Positions 9,482 through 19,684 of a stretch of 64,000 bases of DNA are shown here, piece by piece; positions within the stretch are counted from its first letter, which is position 1, and each line of letters opens with the position of its first letter. Source of the stretch: an uncultured Candidatus Saccharibacteria bacterium (GTDB lineage Bacteria > Patescibacteriota > Minisyncoccia > Phycocordibacterales > JACNGX01); NCBI GenBank assembly GCA_964621395.1, contig CAZULS010000002.1:170252-234251 (forward strand), in the 5' to 3' direction. The translations under genes and the position numbers were made by a program. The notes below the pieces were generated by a model, which did not search any database, was not told where the DNA came from, and was given only the letters and a program-made list of their open reading frames with translations.

Positions 9482-10597
9482 CTAATTCCCCTTCTCCACC
9501 TCCCCCGGCTTCGAAAGTGACAGAGGTTCAAATTCGGTGTTTTCGCCGGTGATTTTGAGGATGTCTTTGTCGATTTTTGTGAGCTCTTTTTGTGCTTTGT
9601 CGTAGTGATTTACCGTGGTGCCCAAGGAATTACCCACCTTGGTGAAGTATTCGTCATAGGCCTTCAGATGCTTCATAAGCATGCCAACTTGCTTTTCAAT
9701 CTGTACCGCTTGTTCCTCGATCCTAAACGCTTTGAAACCATACAGCACCGATTGGAGATATGCGGAGAATGTTGTCGGCGAAACGATAATCACCTTCTTT
9801 TCATGATAGGCATAGTCAATTAAGCTTCGGGTATTCACCTTGATGGCACCGACTTCATTCACGAGCAAATCATAATAGATACCCTCAGCAGGGATAAACA
9901 TGAATGCAAAGGGCAGTGTCCCCTCTTCCGGACGAATATATTTTGCCGTCTCGTCGATGCGCTTTTTCAAGTCGTTTCTGAATTCTTTTTCGAGTTCCTC
10001 TTTTTTGCTCTCATCCTGCTCATTGATAATACGATTATAATTATCGAGCGAGAATTTTGCATCAACGGGAATGATACCCTCTTTGGTTTTGATGATAGCG
10101 TCTACCTGATCGCCCCCCTTAAAAAGATGCTGCATGGAATAGGCGTCGGGCGGCAGGATATTGGAAAGTGAGAGTTCCAAGCTTGCCTCACCAAGATTTC
10201 CACGCTGCTTTTGATGTTTCAAGACCTTCTCAAGATTTTGGAGCTGCTCCGCCAGGGTAAAGACTTGTTTGCTCGACTCCCCCACCTCGGAAACCTCTTT
10301 TTTCACGCTGAGGAGCTGATCGGTCATTTGCTCATTGATATCGCGGATAAGGCGCTGAGACGCCGAAAATTGGCTCTCAACGGCCTCTCGCATCTCTTTT
10401 CGGGATTCTCCCAGCTTACTGTCGATAGCGCGCGTGAGGTTTTCAAGCTGGTTTTGGAGCATGATCAGGTCTTTGGTCGTCTCCTCAGAATTCTCTTCAG
10501 GGGCAGTCTTTTTGAGTATGCGCACCACGACTAATCCGGCGATGCCGGCAGCAATGACTGAGGCGATAATGGCGATGAGGATTGTTGCGATGTCCAT
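9482..10597 (-). CDS. rmuC: DNA recombination protein RmuC
   Basis: 371 aa. An N-terminal TM helix, a long coiled coil, and the RmuC C-terminal nuclease-like domain (KEFRNDLKKRIDETAKYIRPEEGTLPFAFMFIPAEGIYYDLL). Confidence 0.8.
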   Translation of the reverse strand: MDIATILIAIIASVIAAGIAGLVVVRILKKTAPEENSEETTKDLIMLQNQLENLTRAIDSKLGESRKEMREAVESQFSASQRLIRDINEQMTDQLLSVKKEVSEVGESSKQVFTLAEQLQNLEKVLKHQKQRGNLGEASLELSLSNILPPDAYSMQHLFKGGDQVDAIIKTKEGIIPVDAKFSLDNYNRIINEQDESKKEELEKEFRNDLKKRIDETAKYIRPEEGTLPFAFMFIPAEGIYYDLLVNEVGAIKVNTRSLIDYAYHEKKVIIVSPTTFSAYLQSVLYGFKAFRIEEQAVQIEKQVGMLMKHLKAYDEYFTKVGNSLGTTVNHYDKAQKELTKIDKDILKITGENTEFEPLSLSKPGEVEKGN

Positions 10598-10739
10598 AAT
10601 TACGAATTACGAATAGACGCGAATATACGAATACAAGTTTATTTTTTAAGCATATGAATAAATAATATGAATGGTTATGTAACAAGACACGAAGAGTCAA
10701 TAGTACATACACTATATCACCCATTCGTATATTCGTACA

Positions 10740-13460
10740 TTATTCGTAATTCGTAACTGTTTTTTTCCGCATGAAGACGAAGTATTTCACGCTTTCGATA
10801 CAAATGATGTTTAACATGCCGATGATAATCGCGAAGAGGATGTCGAGAGGCGAAAGCGGAACGAGCGATAGGAGTGTTTGGAGGAATGGCACGGTAAGCG
10901 CCAAAATAAGCGTACCGAAGCTTGCAAAAAGGGCGAGCAGCAAGTATGGATTATTGCGAAAATCGATATGCCAGAGCGGTGTATAGAGGTTTTTCAGAGA
11001 AAATGAGAAAAGAATCGTTCCGACGGAAAGAGCGGTAAACATAATGGTGCGTATTCTCTCTATCGGAAAATCGGATATGTATAACAGAAGATACAAGGCA
11101 ATGAGAAAGACACCGGTAACAGACGAAAGGATAATAATAAGCGTGCGAATATTGGGGATGATAATTTTTTTGCGTTCTTGGGAGCGTGGATTTTTGCGCA
11201 TGATGCCGCTTTCCGCGGGCTCGAATGCAAATGCGAAATTCATGAATCCTTCGCCGACGATATTTGTCCAAAGAATTTGTGTGGGGAGAATCGGCACGGG
11301 AAGACCGACAAAGAGCGCTGCACCAACGACAATGATTTCCGAAAAGCCGGTGGAAAGGAGATAGGCAATAATCTTGCGCATGTTGTCGAGAATGCGTCTA
11401 CCTTCTCTAATGGCGTGGACAATGGTGGTGAAGCTGTTGTTGAGCAGAATAAGGTCGGAGGCCTCTTTGGCGACTTCCGTACCGCTTCCGAGAGCCACGC
11501 CGATATCGGCTCTTCTTAATGCGGGGGCGTCGTTGATGCCGTCGCCGGTCATGGCGACCACTTCCCCGTCTTCGCGCATGAGCCGTGCAATGCGCATTTT
11601 CTGATCCGGCAATACGCGGGCAAAGACGTCCGTGTTTTTGAGTGCCACGCGAAGCTCTGCATCGGTGAGTTCGGCAATGTCGCTTCCGGTGAGCGCTTTG
11701 CGCGACATATTGGTAATGCCGACTTCGATTCCGATGCGTCGGGCGGTATTTTCATTGTCGCCGGTAAGCATGATGACGCGCGCGCCTGCGGCGCGCGCCT
11801 CTTTAATAGAAGCCGCGACATCCTCACGCACCGGATCATGAATGATGAGAAAACCGGCAAAGACAGTTTCTTCGAGAAGGAATGCGGGATCAGAAAACGC
11901 CTCTTTAGGGAACGTGTCCCAATCAACATCTCTATATGCCACACCAATCAGGCGCAATCCTTTTGCCGATTCACTCTCCTGTCTTTCCGCGAGCATGGCG
12001 CGCAACGCTTTCCCCATGCGCTTCTTTTTTCCTTCTCTGTACACATGTGTGGCGTCTTCAAGCAGCACTTCCGGCGCACCTGTCACATACACGCGTCGCT
12101 TTCCTTTCGAGAGTGTGTGGAGCGTTGCGGCATATTTTCGTTCCGATTCAAAGGGAATGGTGTCGCGTTTTGGATACCGCGCAGTGAGTATGTCGGGCTG
12201 TTCCCCTGATTCCACTCCGGCAAGCATGATAGCACGCTCTACCGGCCTACCGTGCACGGTCCATTTCCCTACCGTGTCGTCGTATCCTTCCACGAACGCA
12301 TCGGAGGTGAGCATCGCCATTGCCAGCACATCTTTTTCATCGGTGTTTCCAGACACGTGAGCCGAAGGTGTTTCCGGAGTATCGCCAGATTCCTGCTGCA
12401 GGGTGTGAGGTGTAATGATTGATGCAATGCGCATATCAGCTTGGGTGAGTGTGCCTGTTTTATCGGTGAGGATGGTGGTGGTACTCCCCAAGGTTTCCGC
12501 CGCGAGGAGATTGCGTACCAATCCTTTTTTCTTCAAAATATTTTCCATGCCAAGCGCCAAGACAACAGTGACCGCAGCGGGCAGTCCTTCGGGCATGGCG
12601 GCAACTGCAATAGCAATCGCAACAAGGAGCATATCACCCCACGACTCCCCGCGGAAAAGTCCGATAGCGACGATGAAAAGAAGAGCGACAAAAATGGCAA
12701 AAGTAAGCTGAATGGCGAGCCGCTTGATATTTTTTTGAAGAGGGGTGGCGTGCTCAGTTGCCTCGCCAAGCTCGGCGGCAATGCGACCAATCTGCGTGTC
12801 TTCCGCCGTGTGAACGACCACGCCTACGGCATTGCCCGATACCGCGAGTGTTCCCATCCACGCCATGTTATCACGACTGGTGATGGGGCACTCTTCAGGA
12901 ATGTCTTTCACTTCTTTGACGACTTCCATCCACTCCCCCGTGAGTGCCGATTCATTCACTGCAAAATCAGTCACTGCAATGAGTCTCATATCGGCCGGTA
13001 TATACATACCTGTTTCTATAATGCAGATATCTCCGGGCACGAGTCCTTCAGCGGAAACGATATGACGCTTGCCGGCACGCATCACATGCGCTTCCTTTTC
13101 CTGCGAGTCTTTGAGTTTTTTGAATGCACCGTATGCGCGTTCTTCTTGGAGCGTGCCGATGATGACATTAATAAGCAACGCGGCAATGATAACGATGAGA
13201 TCGATGTATTCGTGAAGAATAAGCGTGGCAAGAGCCGCCCCAAGGAGCACGAAGACAAGCGGATTTTTAAATTGAGTGAAAACGGTACGGAGCAATGAGT
13301 GCGCGGTGCTACCGGCAAATGTATTCGGACCATGCTTACTGAATCGTTTTTCAGCTTCGGTAAGCGGTAATCCTTCTGTCGGATTGACACCCAATGTGTG
13401 GAGCACATCGGTAAGCGGTAGCCGGTACCAGTATGATGTTTTTTCACGCTTTGTAGACAT
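10740..13460 (-). CDS. cation-transporting P-type ATPase (type II, Ca2+/Mg2+-like)
   Basis: 906 aa. Phosphorylation motif DKTGTLT, hinge MTGDGINDAPAL, the TGES-type actuator region and 10 TM segments. Confidence 0.9.
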   Translation of the reverse strand: MSTKREKTSYWYRLPLTDVLHTLGVNPTEGLPLTEAEKRFSKHGPNTFAGSTAHSLLRTVFTQFKNPLVFVLLGAALATLILHEYIDLIVIIAALLINVIIGTLQEERAYGAFKKLKDSQEKEAHVMRAGKRHIVSAEGLVPGDICIIETGMYIPADMRLIAVTDFAVNESALTGEWMEVVKEVKDIPEECPITSRDNMAWMGTLAVSGNAVGVVVHTAEDTQIGRIAAELGEATEHATPLQKNIKRLAIQLTFAIFVALLFIVAIGLFRGESWGDMLLVAIAIAVAAMPEGLPAAVTVVLALGMENILKKKGLVRNLLAAETLGSTTTILTDKTGTLTQADMRIASIITPHTLQQESGDTPETPSAHVSGNTDEKDVLAMAMLTSDAFVEGYDDTVGKWTVHGRPVERAIMLAGVESGEQPDILTARYPKRDTIPFESERKYAATLHTLSKGKRRVYVTGAPEVLLEDATHVYREGKKKRMGKALRAMLAERQESESAKGLRLIGVAYRDVDWDTFPKEAFSDPAFLLEETVFAGFLIIHDPVREDVAASIKEARAAGARVIMLTGDNENTARRIGIEVGITNMSRKALTGSDIAELTDAELRVALKNTDVFARVLPDQKMRIARLMREDGEVVAMTGDGINDAPALRRADIGVALGSGTEVAKEASDLILLNNSFTTIVHAIREGRRILDNMRKIIAYLLSTGFSEIIVVGAALFVGLPVPILPTQILWTNIVGEGFMNFAFAFEPAESGIMRKNPRSQERKKIIIPNIRTLIIILSSVTGVFLIALYLLLYISDFPIERIRTIMFTALSVGTILFSFSLKNLYTPLWHIDFRNNPYLLLALFASFGTLILALTVPFLQTLLSLVPLSPLDILFAIIIGMLNIICIESVKYFVFMRKKTVTNYE

Positions 13461-13475
13461 AGCGGTATAAATCTT

Positions 13476-13660
13476 AGAGCCTGTTTATAATCTCATGTCG
13501 TGCGTAATGCACCATATACCGAGCGAAAATCGTGAAAAATGACGAAGGAGTACTCTCGTACTTCAAGACATTTTAAGCGATTTGCAGCCGGTATATGATG
13601 CATTGAGCCGGCAAGGACATGATATTCTTTTTAATTCCGTTGAGATTATGAACAGGCTCT
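13476..13660. mobile_element. MITE-like foldback element, family A copy 1 (TIR agagcctgtttataatctca / tgagattatgaacaggctct)
   Basis: 185 bp. Terminal inverted repeats plus internal complementary arms. The conserved core is ccgagcgaaaatcgtgaaaaa .. gagtact.tcgtact .. agcgatttgcagccggtatat. Copies are at 29210, 52898 and 59600. Confidence 0.7.
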
Positions 13661-13723
13661 AAAATCACAAGCATCAAATAACAAATAATATCCAAAATTA
13701 AAATTCCAAAATACGTGTCCTGC

Positions 13724-13773
13724 GTCGTCGCCGTGCTCTTTTGGCGCTTGCGCCAAAAGAGCACGGCGACGAC
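13724..13773. repeat. 50-bp perfect palindrome (gtcgtcgccgtgctcttttggcgc tt gcgccaaaagagcacggcgacgac)
   Basis: Read directly. A 24-bp stem with no flanking T-run. It sits between MITE-A1 and the PD-(D/E)XK nuclease gene. Confidence 0.6.
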
Positions 13774-13850
13774 ATTTACTTTTCTTTTACGACAAAATTT
13801 ATATTCTGTCATTCTGAACTTGATTCAGAATCTAAAGTAATATTCCATTC

Positions 13851-14645
13851 TTACCCAAACAGCCCACTTTGCTTCGGCGCCTCAGAACTCTCCTTCGGTT
13901 CCGACACCTGCGTGCGTGCATCGTAATATCGGCAATAATCACACTCAGGATGTGGCGCGGGGATGTTTCCGCCCGCAAGTGTTGCCTTAATCTCCTCAAG
14001 AGTTTGCTCAATCCACGCATCATTACCCTCGTAGGCGATGAGCGTCAGATCAAATTCAAGTTTTTTATTGAAGCCGTCCACCTCCTTCGTGGCATTGGCA
14101 TAGACAAAATATCCGGTATTGGAGACAGTGAAGCCGTTCTCTCGCAAAAGCCACTGATACACTTCCATCTGACGCTTATACCCATCGTGCCATTCTTGGT
14201 CGAGGGCGGTGATTTTTTCATCTTTACTTGTTGATTTGTAGTCGACGATAAAGAGCTCCCCGCTTTCCCCAACCCAAATATCATCAACGGCACCGGAGAC
14301 GGTAAAACCGGTTTTTTGGTGGACTGTCTGCACACCTTTGAAGTTCTCGCGCCACATGTCCATCTGTGCATGATTAAACGGCACGGCATTTACGCCGTAT
14401 TCCTCCATGATGGGGTGTTTGGTGCCGAGGGCGCGGTGCATGTCAAATTCTTTTTTGAGCAGTGCGTCAACGGCGGAGTTGAGTGCAAAAGGAAATCCGG
14501 GCGGTCGGGCGGTACCGAGGCGATTGTCGATATAAAAACATCTCGGACATTCTTTGAAGAGATCGATTTTGGAACGGCTCAAGCGAAAGCGATCCCCTCC
14601 ATAATTCCAATTGGGATTTCTATGCGGTTTGTAGTATTGAGACAT
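13851..14645 (-). CDS. PD-(D/E)XK (RecB/Cas4-like) nuclease with Cys cluster
   Basis: 264 aa. N-terminal Cys (CPRCFY), core IVDYKST (D-x-K) and a C-terminal CDYCRYYDAR. This is the four-Cys arrangement typical of Cas4/AddB-type Fe-S nucleases. No cas genes are nearby. Confidence 0.65.
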   Translation of the reverse strand: MSQYYKPHRNPNWNYGGDRFRLSRSKIDLFKECPRCFYIDNRLGTARPPGFPFALNSAVDALLKKEFDMHRALGTKHPIMEEYGVNAVPFNHAQMDMWRENFKGVQTVHQKTGFTVSGAVDDIWVGESGELFIVDYKSTSKDEKITALDQEWHDGYKRQMEVYQWLLRENGFTVSNTGYFVYANATKEVDGFNKKLEFDLTLIAYEGNDAWIEQTLEEIKATLAGGNIPAPHPECDYCRYYDARTQVSEPKESSEAPKQSGLFG

Positions 14646-14687
14646 GACGTTATTATATCATATTCTCTCATTGCTTTGCCCGAGCAC

Positions 14688-14740
14688 AACTTGTTGTGCT
14701 TTAGGGTCATTCCCGCCTCCGAGCGGGAATCTTCTCTGGT
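14688..14740. repeat. tandem REP-like palindromes: family 2 (gcccgagcacaacttgttgtgctttagggtc) fused to family 1 (gtcattcccgcctccgagcgggaatc)
   Basis: Both families recur many times in the window (see findings). Confidence 0.7.
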
Positions 14741-14824
14741 GTGGTGTATATGGAGAAGTTTCGAGTATCGAGTTGCGAGTTTCGAGAAGGCGCGGCTTGC
14801 GCCGCGCCTTCTACCACCACTCTC

Positions 14825-14915
14825 TATTTTTGTCATTCCTGGCTTGACCAGGAATCTAGAGTTACTATCCACGTATGTCATCCTGGATTTCTGGTCACCA
14901 GGAATGACGATTGTT
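14825..14915. repeat. two family-1 REP-like palindromes (tgtcattcctggcttgaccaggaatc ; gtcatcctggatttctggtcaccaggaatgac)
   Basis: Inverted-repeat units of 25-32 bp with a tgtcattcc..ggaatc frame. Confidence 0.65.
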
Positions 14916-15048
14916 TTTGGACAAAACCGCCGATGAGCGTGAGCTCATCGGTGGTTTATGTTTGATATTTTTCTTTTTTACGTGCCCGAGCACGACTTGT
15001 CGTGCTTTAGGGTCGTTTATAGTTTAACGTTTATCGTTCATCGTTCAC

Positions 15049-15657
15049 TTAAATCCGTACCGCACGAAACGATGCAATCACACCGTTCCCCTCAGGTCCG
15101 GGAAGAAGCATGTCTCCCTCGGCGCTAAACATTTCATCGCCATTATCATCATATGCGGTGATGTAATAGGTATTACTTGCTTCAGTGTTGCGAAGAAGGT
15201 CTATCCATACGCCCTCATGATTTCCCTCTTGGAGTCGCGCTGCACCCAAAATATTGCCCAGTTCACCATTATTGTCTTCCTGGACGGCAATCCATACGGT
15301 ACGATCCGCTGAAACACTGTTGACAAAAACGTGCAATCCCTCCGGCTGCTCAAGAGCGGTTGCGGAAACAGCCAAGATGTCGTTGATAGACGGCTTGGTG
15401 CTTGTGCCGTTCTCGTTCCCCGCTTCCTTCTCATTTGTGTTTTCGGTTTCTTCCGTGTCTTCGGCAATTGCGCCGGTATTGTCACTTACAGAACGATTAT
15501 CCCAGAGATAATGACCACCGAATCCGATTAATATACCGATAATAAAGACGGTCCACATGCGTGCAGTCGATGACGCGCCGCGTGCTTCCGTGTCGTTGTT
15601 GTGCTGTGTGTTTTCCATAATACGCCTATAGTACTCGTTCAGCACACCCCCTGTCAA
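15049..15657 (-). CDS. hypothetical membrane-anchored protein
   Basis: 202 aa. One N-terminal TM helix (MWTVFIIGILIGFGG), then an acidic, polar extracytoplasmic domain. Confidence 0.5.
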   Translation of the reverse strand: MTGGVLNEYYRRIMENTQHNNDTEARGASSTARMWTVFIIGILIGFGGHYLWDNRSVSDNTGAIAEDTEETENTNEKEAGNENGTSTKPSINDILAVSATALEQPEGLHVFVNSVSADRTVWIAVQEDNNGELGNILGAARLQEGNHEGVWIDLLRNTEASNTYYITAYDDNGDEMFSAEGDMLLPGPEGNGVIASFRAVRI

Positions 15658-15748
15658 TCACTTGATTTTTTAACAATTTGGTGGTATGTTTGGTGGCGGA
15701 AGAAATAAAATAAGCACTATAAAATCTCAGATAAAAGGAGGCATTATA

Positions 15749-16099
15749 ATGCCGTTTAAAACAATAGAAGGTTTTCCTTCGGATAAATGCCGAGAGGCAA
15801 GAGAATTGAAGGAATTTATTAAAGAAACAGTCGCTGGAGAGACAGCTTTGAAGCTCAACAAGGAATCGGTCAAGGTGAATTTTATTGCATCGATGAACGA
15901 TTTCTATCCTGGCTTTCCGCCACCTGAGGCGGTGAAGATAACCATAGATATTTGGGATCTGCCTGGTCGCGAGTTTAAACATTTCAAAGCTGTTTGTAAA
16001 AAAATAGCCGAGAAGACCCGTGAATTAGTAGGTCTTGGTATGCCTATTATGGTCTTTCCGAAGCTTTTCGACGGAGTTTCCTTTTGTCCTATTTTCTAA
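15749..16099 (+). CDS. hypothetical protein
   Basis: Perfect RBS AAAGGAGG 8 nt upstream of ATG 15749 (MPFKTIEGFPSDK...). 116 aa with no recognisable family. Confidence 0.5.
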   Translation: MPFKTIEGFPSDKCREARELKEFIKETVAGETALKLNKESVKVNFIASMNDFYPGFPPPEAVKITIDIWDLPGREFKHFKAVCKKIAEKTRELVGLGMPIMVFPKLFDGVSFCPIF

Positions 16100-16116
16100 T
16101 TCCTAACTTCTAAATG

Positions 16117-17238
16117 CTAAATTACTTTTCCCCCTCCCATACACACATCACCATCATAGACGACGAGTGATTGGCCGGGTACTGCCAAGTTGGGTGCGCG
16201 GAAGGAAACGAGAGTCTCATTCTCCGAAATATGCTCCAGTGTGCAGGGAATAACCTCTCCACGATAGCGGATTTGAGCACCATGTTTCTTCCCTTCTTTT
16301 GGTGCTATGCCCGTCCAATGAATTGCGTCAATGCGCATTTCTTTCGTCTCCCAATGCGCCATATCAGGCTCATGGGCCACGGTGATTGTGTTTTCTTTCA
16401 TATTCTTGGCGACGACATAATGCGGCGCGTCATCCGTACCTTTCTTGATAATGGTAAAGCCGTGTCGCTGACCGAGGGTGAAGAAATGTGCCCCGTCGTG
16501 GACACCGATATGGTTACCCTCTCTGTCGAGTACGCTTCCCTCTTTTGGATCAATATAGTATGAGAGAAATTCTTTCAAATCAATGTGTCCGATGAAGCAC
16601 AGTCCTTGGCTGTCTTTGCGTGTGGCTGTGGGGAGATCAAATTCTTTTGCGAGAGCTCGCACTTCGCTTTTTTCATATCCTCCCACGGGAAAGAGGACGC
16701 GCGAAAGCTCATTCTGCCCAAGCGTCCAGAGGAAATATGACTGGTCTTTATTGGCATCTTTTCCACGGCGGAGTCGATACTCATCGCTCCCTTTCTTGAA
16801 AAACCCTCTTTTCTCCGGTGAGGCAATACGCGCGTAATGCCCTGTTGCCACAAAATCCGCACCTTCCCTAAGCGCATGCTCAAGAAAAGCACCAAATTTC
16901 ACATGCTTATTACACAGCACGTCCGGATTGGGTACACGCCCGCTCGCATATTCGGCAATCATGTCATCAACAATCTCTTTTTTGTATGTTTCAGAAAGAT
17001 CGAGCACCTCAAAAGGAATATCGAGATGTGTCGCCACCTTCTCCGCTTCTCTGCGATCGTCCTCTTGCGTGCACGGCATCCACGACGGTGACCACACACG
17101 AATAAACACACCGCGTACATCATACCCGGCCTCCTGCAAAAGCGACGCCGATACCGAAGAATCAACACCCCCCGACATCCCGACAAACACTTTTGGCTTA
17201 GTCGAGGTAGATAGATTTGTAGTAGAGGTGTTCATCAT
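16117..17238 (-). CDS. mnmA: tRNA-specific 2-thiouridylase MnmA
   Basis: PP-loop VFVGMSGGVDSSVSASLL, the catalytic Cys region and the C-terminal beta-barrel. The start was chosen at MMNTSTT (the ORF track extends to 17400, overlapping mltG). Confidence 0.9.
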   Translation of the reverse strand: MMNTSTTNLSTSTKPKVFVGMSGGVDSSVSASLLQEAGYDVRGVFIRVWSPSWMPCTQEDDRREAEKVATHLDIPFEVLDLSETYKKEIVDDMIAEYASGRVPNPDVLCNKHVKFGAFLEHALREGADFVATGHYARIASPEKRGFFKKGSDEYRLRRGKDANKDQSYFLWTLGQNELSRVLFPVGGYEKSEVRALAKEFDLPTATRKDSQGLCFIGHIDLKEFLSYYIDPKEGSVLDREGNHIGVHDGAHFFTLGQRHGFTIIKKGTDDAPHYVVAKNMKENTITVAHEPDMAHWETKEMRIDAIHWTGIAPKEGKKHGAQIRYRGEVIPCTLEHISENETLVSFRAPNLAVPGQSLVVYDGDVCMGGGKVI

Positions 17239-18241
17239 AATTGCGACCGTAGTGGATTTGGCTTTGGAGATCAGAGAGATAGAAATAATACGGGCTTTCT
17301 TCCGGCTCAAGTGCCGCCATGATGGATTCGAGGCCGGGATTGGCAATTGGTCCTTTGGGGAGGCCGGTACGGGTGTAGGTATTGTAATCGGAATCTTCAA
17401 GGAGATCGCTATAGGTCAATTGAAACGTATTTTTATCACGCTCATAAGCAAAAGGGGCATCAACCTGAAGCGGCATGTCGATGTCCATGCGTTTCCAAAG
17501 AATACCGGCAACGATGCGCTTGTCACTGAATGTGATAGCTTCTTTTTCAAGAATAGATGCCATGATGACGATGTCGTGCACACTTTTGTCGGTGTCCTCG
17601 ATCAAGCTCTCAATCATCGGACGTGCTTTTCTGTCAAATATCGTTTCCATATCTGAAATCACTTGCTCGGCTGAAACATTGGGGAGGAATAAATAGGTGT
17701 CGGGGAAGAGAAATCCTTCCTTGTCTTTTGCCTGTTCAATGAATGTGTCTTCGGCTATGGATGGTATGTGGTAGGAAAGAATGATTGCGACATCGTAGAT
17801 GGTTGCTCCCTCGGGGATAGTGACACGAATCGGTGAAAGACCGAATTGCCCATGTGTAACACGCGAGACAACACTCCACACCGATTCGGGAACATCAAAG
17901 AAATAATCGCCATAAAGAACACCGGTATCGGATGCGGTGAGAACGGTAAGTGCTTTAAATATAAATGCCGAGCGAATCACCTCACGTTCCTTGAGTATCT
18001 TGGCGGCTTCTTCCACGGTGGTGCCGTCTTTGATTGACACTAGTGCACCAACCGGAAAGTCTCCCGGCGGTAGAATTGCCATGTGAAAGACGACAAAGAA
18101 GATCAAGCCGGTTGCAGCTCCTGCAAGTGCCGTATAGAGCGGTCGTTTGGGGCGACGAAAGCGGGTATGCGTCCGAAAAAATTCAAGAACCCGATATTGC
18201 ATACGCTCAAGACGCGCGGAAGATTTTTGGGTGGAATACAT
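17198..18241 (-). CDS. mltG: endolytic murein transglycosylase MltG/YceG family
   Basis: An N-terminal TM helix, then the YceG-like domain with GLPKGPIANPG near the C-terminus. The start was chosen at MYSTQK, just downstream of the upstream gene's stop. Confidence 0.75.
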   Translation of the reverse strand: MYSTQKSSARLERMQYRVLEFFRTHTRFRRPKRPLYTALAGAATGLIFFVVFHMAILPPGDFPVGALVSIKDGTTVEEAAKILKEREVIRSAFIFKALTVLTASDTGVLYGDYFFDVPESVWSVVSRVTHGQFGLSPIRVTIPEGATIYDVAIILSYHIPSIAEDTFIEQAKDKEGFLFPDTYLFLPNVSAEQVISDMETIFDRKARPMIESLIEDTDKSVHDIVIMASILEKEAITFSDKRIVAGILWKRMDIDMPLQVDAPFAYERDKNTFQLTYSDLLEDSDYNTYTRTGLPKGPIANPGLESIMAALEPEESPYYFYLSDLQSQIHYGRNYDEHLYYKSIYLD

Positions 18242-18258
18242 ATAACAGCTCTTTTGAA

Positions 18259-19503
18259 TCAAAACGGCAGGTTTGACGGCGGTTCTCCCTTTTGCGATTC
18301 GATGCGTTCGAATGTCGGCGTTTCGGCAACGCTGCCGGGGAAGTGGAAGATTGTCGCGAGTTCTTCCGTATTTAACACAAACGGCTTTCGCGAATAGGGA
18401 GGATGAAAATACCCTCGTGCGCAATACGCATTGAAGATAGCAGCTTTTTTCTTATTGAGACGAGTGCCTTTATAGTCTTGCCAAGGAAAGTCAAAGTTTG
18501 TCGCATTATCGGGCTTAAAGCCGTTGAGGTCGTTGGAGTTGTATTGCTTAAACGATCCCATAAGACCGGGAATAGCTCCTCCGTTGAACGCGTCTCCTTT
18601 GCCAAGATATATCATACGAATGCCGGTGTCAAAACCGAGCTTGCCTGTGCTGCGTTCGATGGCGGCGATTTTTTCCGCTTCCCCTTTCGACATGGCGGTC
18701 GTGGGAGGAAAGGACCCTTCTTTGTCGGGTTTGTTCTTTTTTTTGTATTCCTCTTGTATTTCTTCAACGAGCTTTTCTCCTTCTTTTTGCCAATCACGCT
18801 CACTGCCGAAGATACCAAAAACATTCTTTTTTGTTTTTCTCGTGGCGCAGATGAGTATTTGAATCCATGCCTGTTCCCCTTTTCCTAAGCTTCCCAAATA
18901 CTCAATAACAGCTGTCATCGGGTCAACCTTGTATTCTTCTTTGGGATCTTTATCAAGCCCGTAATCAACATATGTTTTAATCGGATACGGATCATCTTTC
19001 GTGAGGACTACATTTGAGCCGAAGAGTTTCCATTCTGAACCTTCCTGACCGTAGGGAACATGACGCGTGTAATCGACCGCTTCGGTGACTTCCGCCGCTG
19101 GATATTGACCATAGATTTGATTCTCTATAAGCATGCGGAAATCCTCTTCTGTCCAGATGAAGAAACGTACTTTCCCCTCAATAGATACCATTTCGAGCGA
19201 GAACCATGGATATGAGCCTCCTTTTATATATTTGATAAATTGATTTCCTTCACGGAGTGGAAGATGAAGCGCGCCGATAATGATTTCCATGGCGAGCGGT
19301 GATTTATACGTGTCTTTCGGGAGTTTGATTTCAAGGAGGACGCGTTTGCGCTCAAGAATGAATTTTCTTCGGACATACAAAACCCATAATCGAGTAAAGA
19401 CAACGAGGAGCACGGGAGGCAACCAGAAGAGAGCTGTTTCATTCATGAAATACAGCGCATAGATGAGTCCGGTACCGAAGAATGTGATAATACCGTCAAG
19501 CAT
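18259..19503 (-). CDS. hypothetical membrane protein (2 N-terminal TM helices + large soluble domain)
   Basis: 414 aa. No family recognised. It appears co-transcribed with mltG and mnmA. Confidence 0.55.
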   Translation of the reverse strand: MLDGIITFFGTGLIYALYFMNETALFWLPPVLLVVFTRLWVLYVRRKFILERKRVLLEIKLPKDTYKSPLAMEIIIGALHLPLREGNQFIKYIKGGSYPWFSLEMVSIEGKVRFFIWTEEDFRMLIENQIYGQYPAAEVTEAVDYTRHVPYGQEGSEWKLFGSNVVLTKDDPYPIKTYVDYGLDKDPKEEYKVDPMTAVIEYLGSLGKGEQAWIQILICATRKTKKNVFGIFGSERDWQKEGEKLVEEIQEEYKKKNKPDKEGSFPPTTAMSKGEAEKIAAIERSTGKLGFDTGIRMIYLGKGDAFNGGAIPGLMGSFKQYNSNDLNGFKPDNATNFDFPWQDYKGTRLNKKKAAIFNAYCARGYFHPPYSRKPFVLNTEELATIFHFPGSVAETPTFERIESQKGEPPSNLPF

Positions 19504-19624
19504 AGGTCAGGAGATTAGTATATGAGTATGTTAGGAGGTTAGTGAGGCGGCTACGCCGCCTTGAAAACATATTCAGAACTCTTTTATTATACGGTAAAAG
19601 AGCAGGTGATTCCACGGTGGTGGT

Positions 19625-19677
19625 GGACAAAACATACGGCGCGGCGACCGGAGGTCGCCGCGCCGTATGTTTTGTCC
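19625..19677. terminator. long GC-rich hairpin terminator (ggacaaaacatacggcgcggcgacc gga ggtcgccgcgccgtatgttttgtcc)
   Basis: A perfect stem of about 25 bp. Similar GAAG/GGA-loop GC hairpins recur at 4120, 6153, 25832, 45856, 46921 and 49935. Confidence 0.6.
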
Positions 19678-19684
19678 TGGGCGT

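Noticed and set aside
12441-13298. 285-aa plus-strand ORF
   Set aside because: Lies entirely antisense within the P-type ATPase gene. The translation is low-complexity with no motif. It is a typical shadow ORF of a GC-biased coding region.
16928-17656. 242-aa plus-strand ORF
   Set aside because: Antisense across the mnmA/mltG junction. No recognisable motif.
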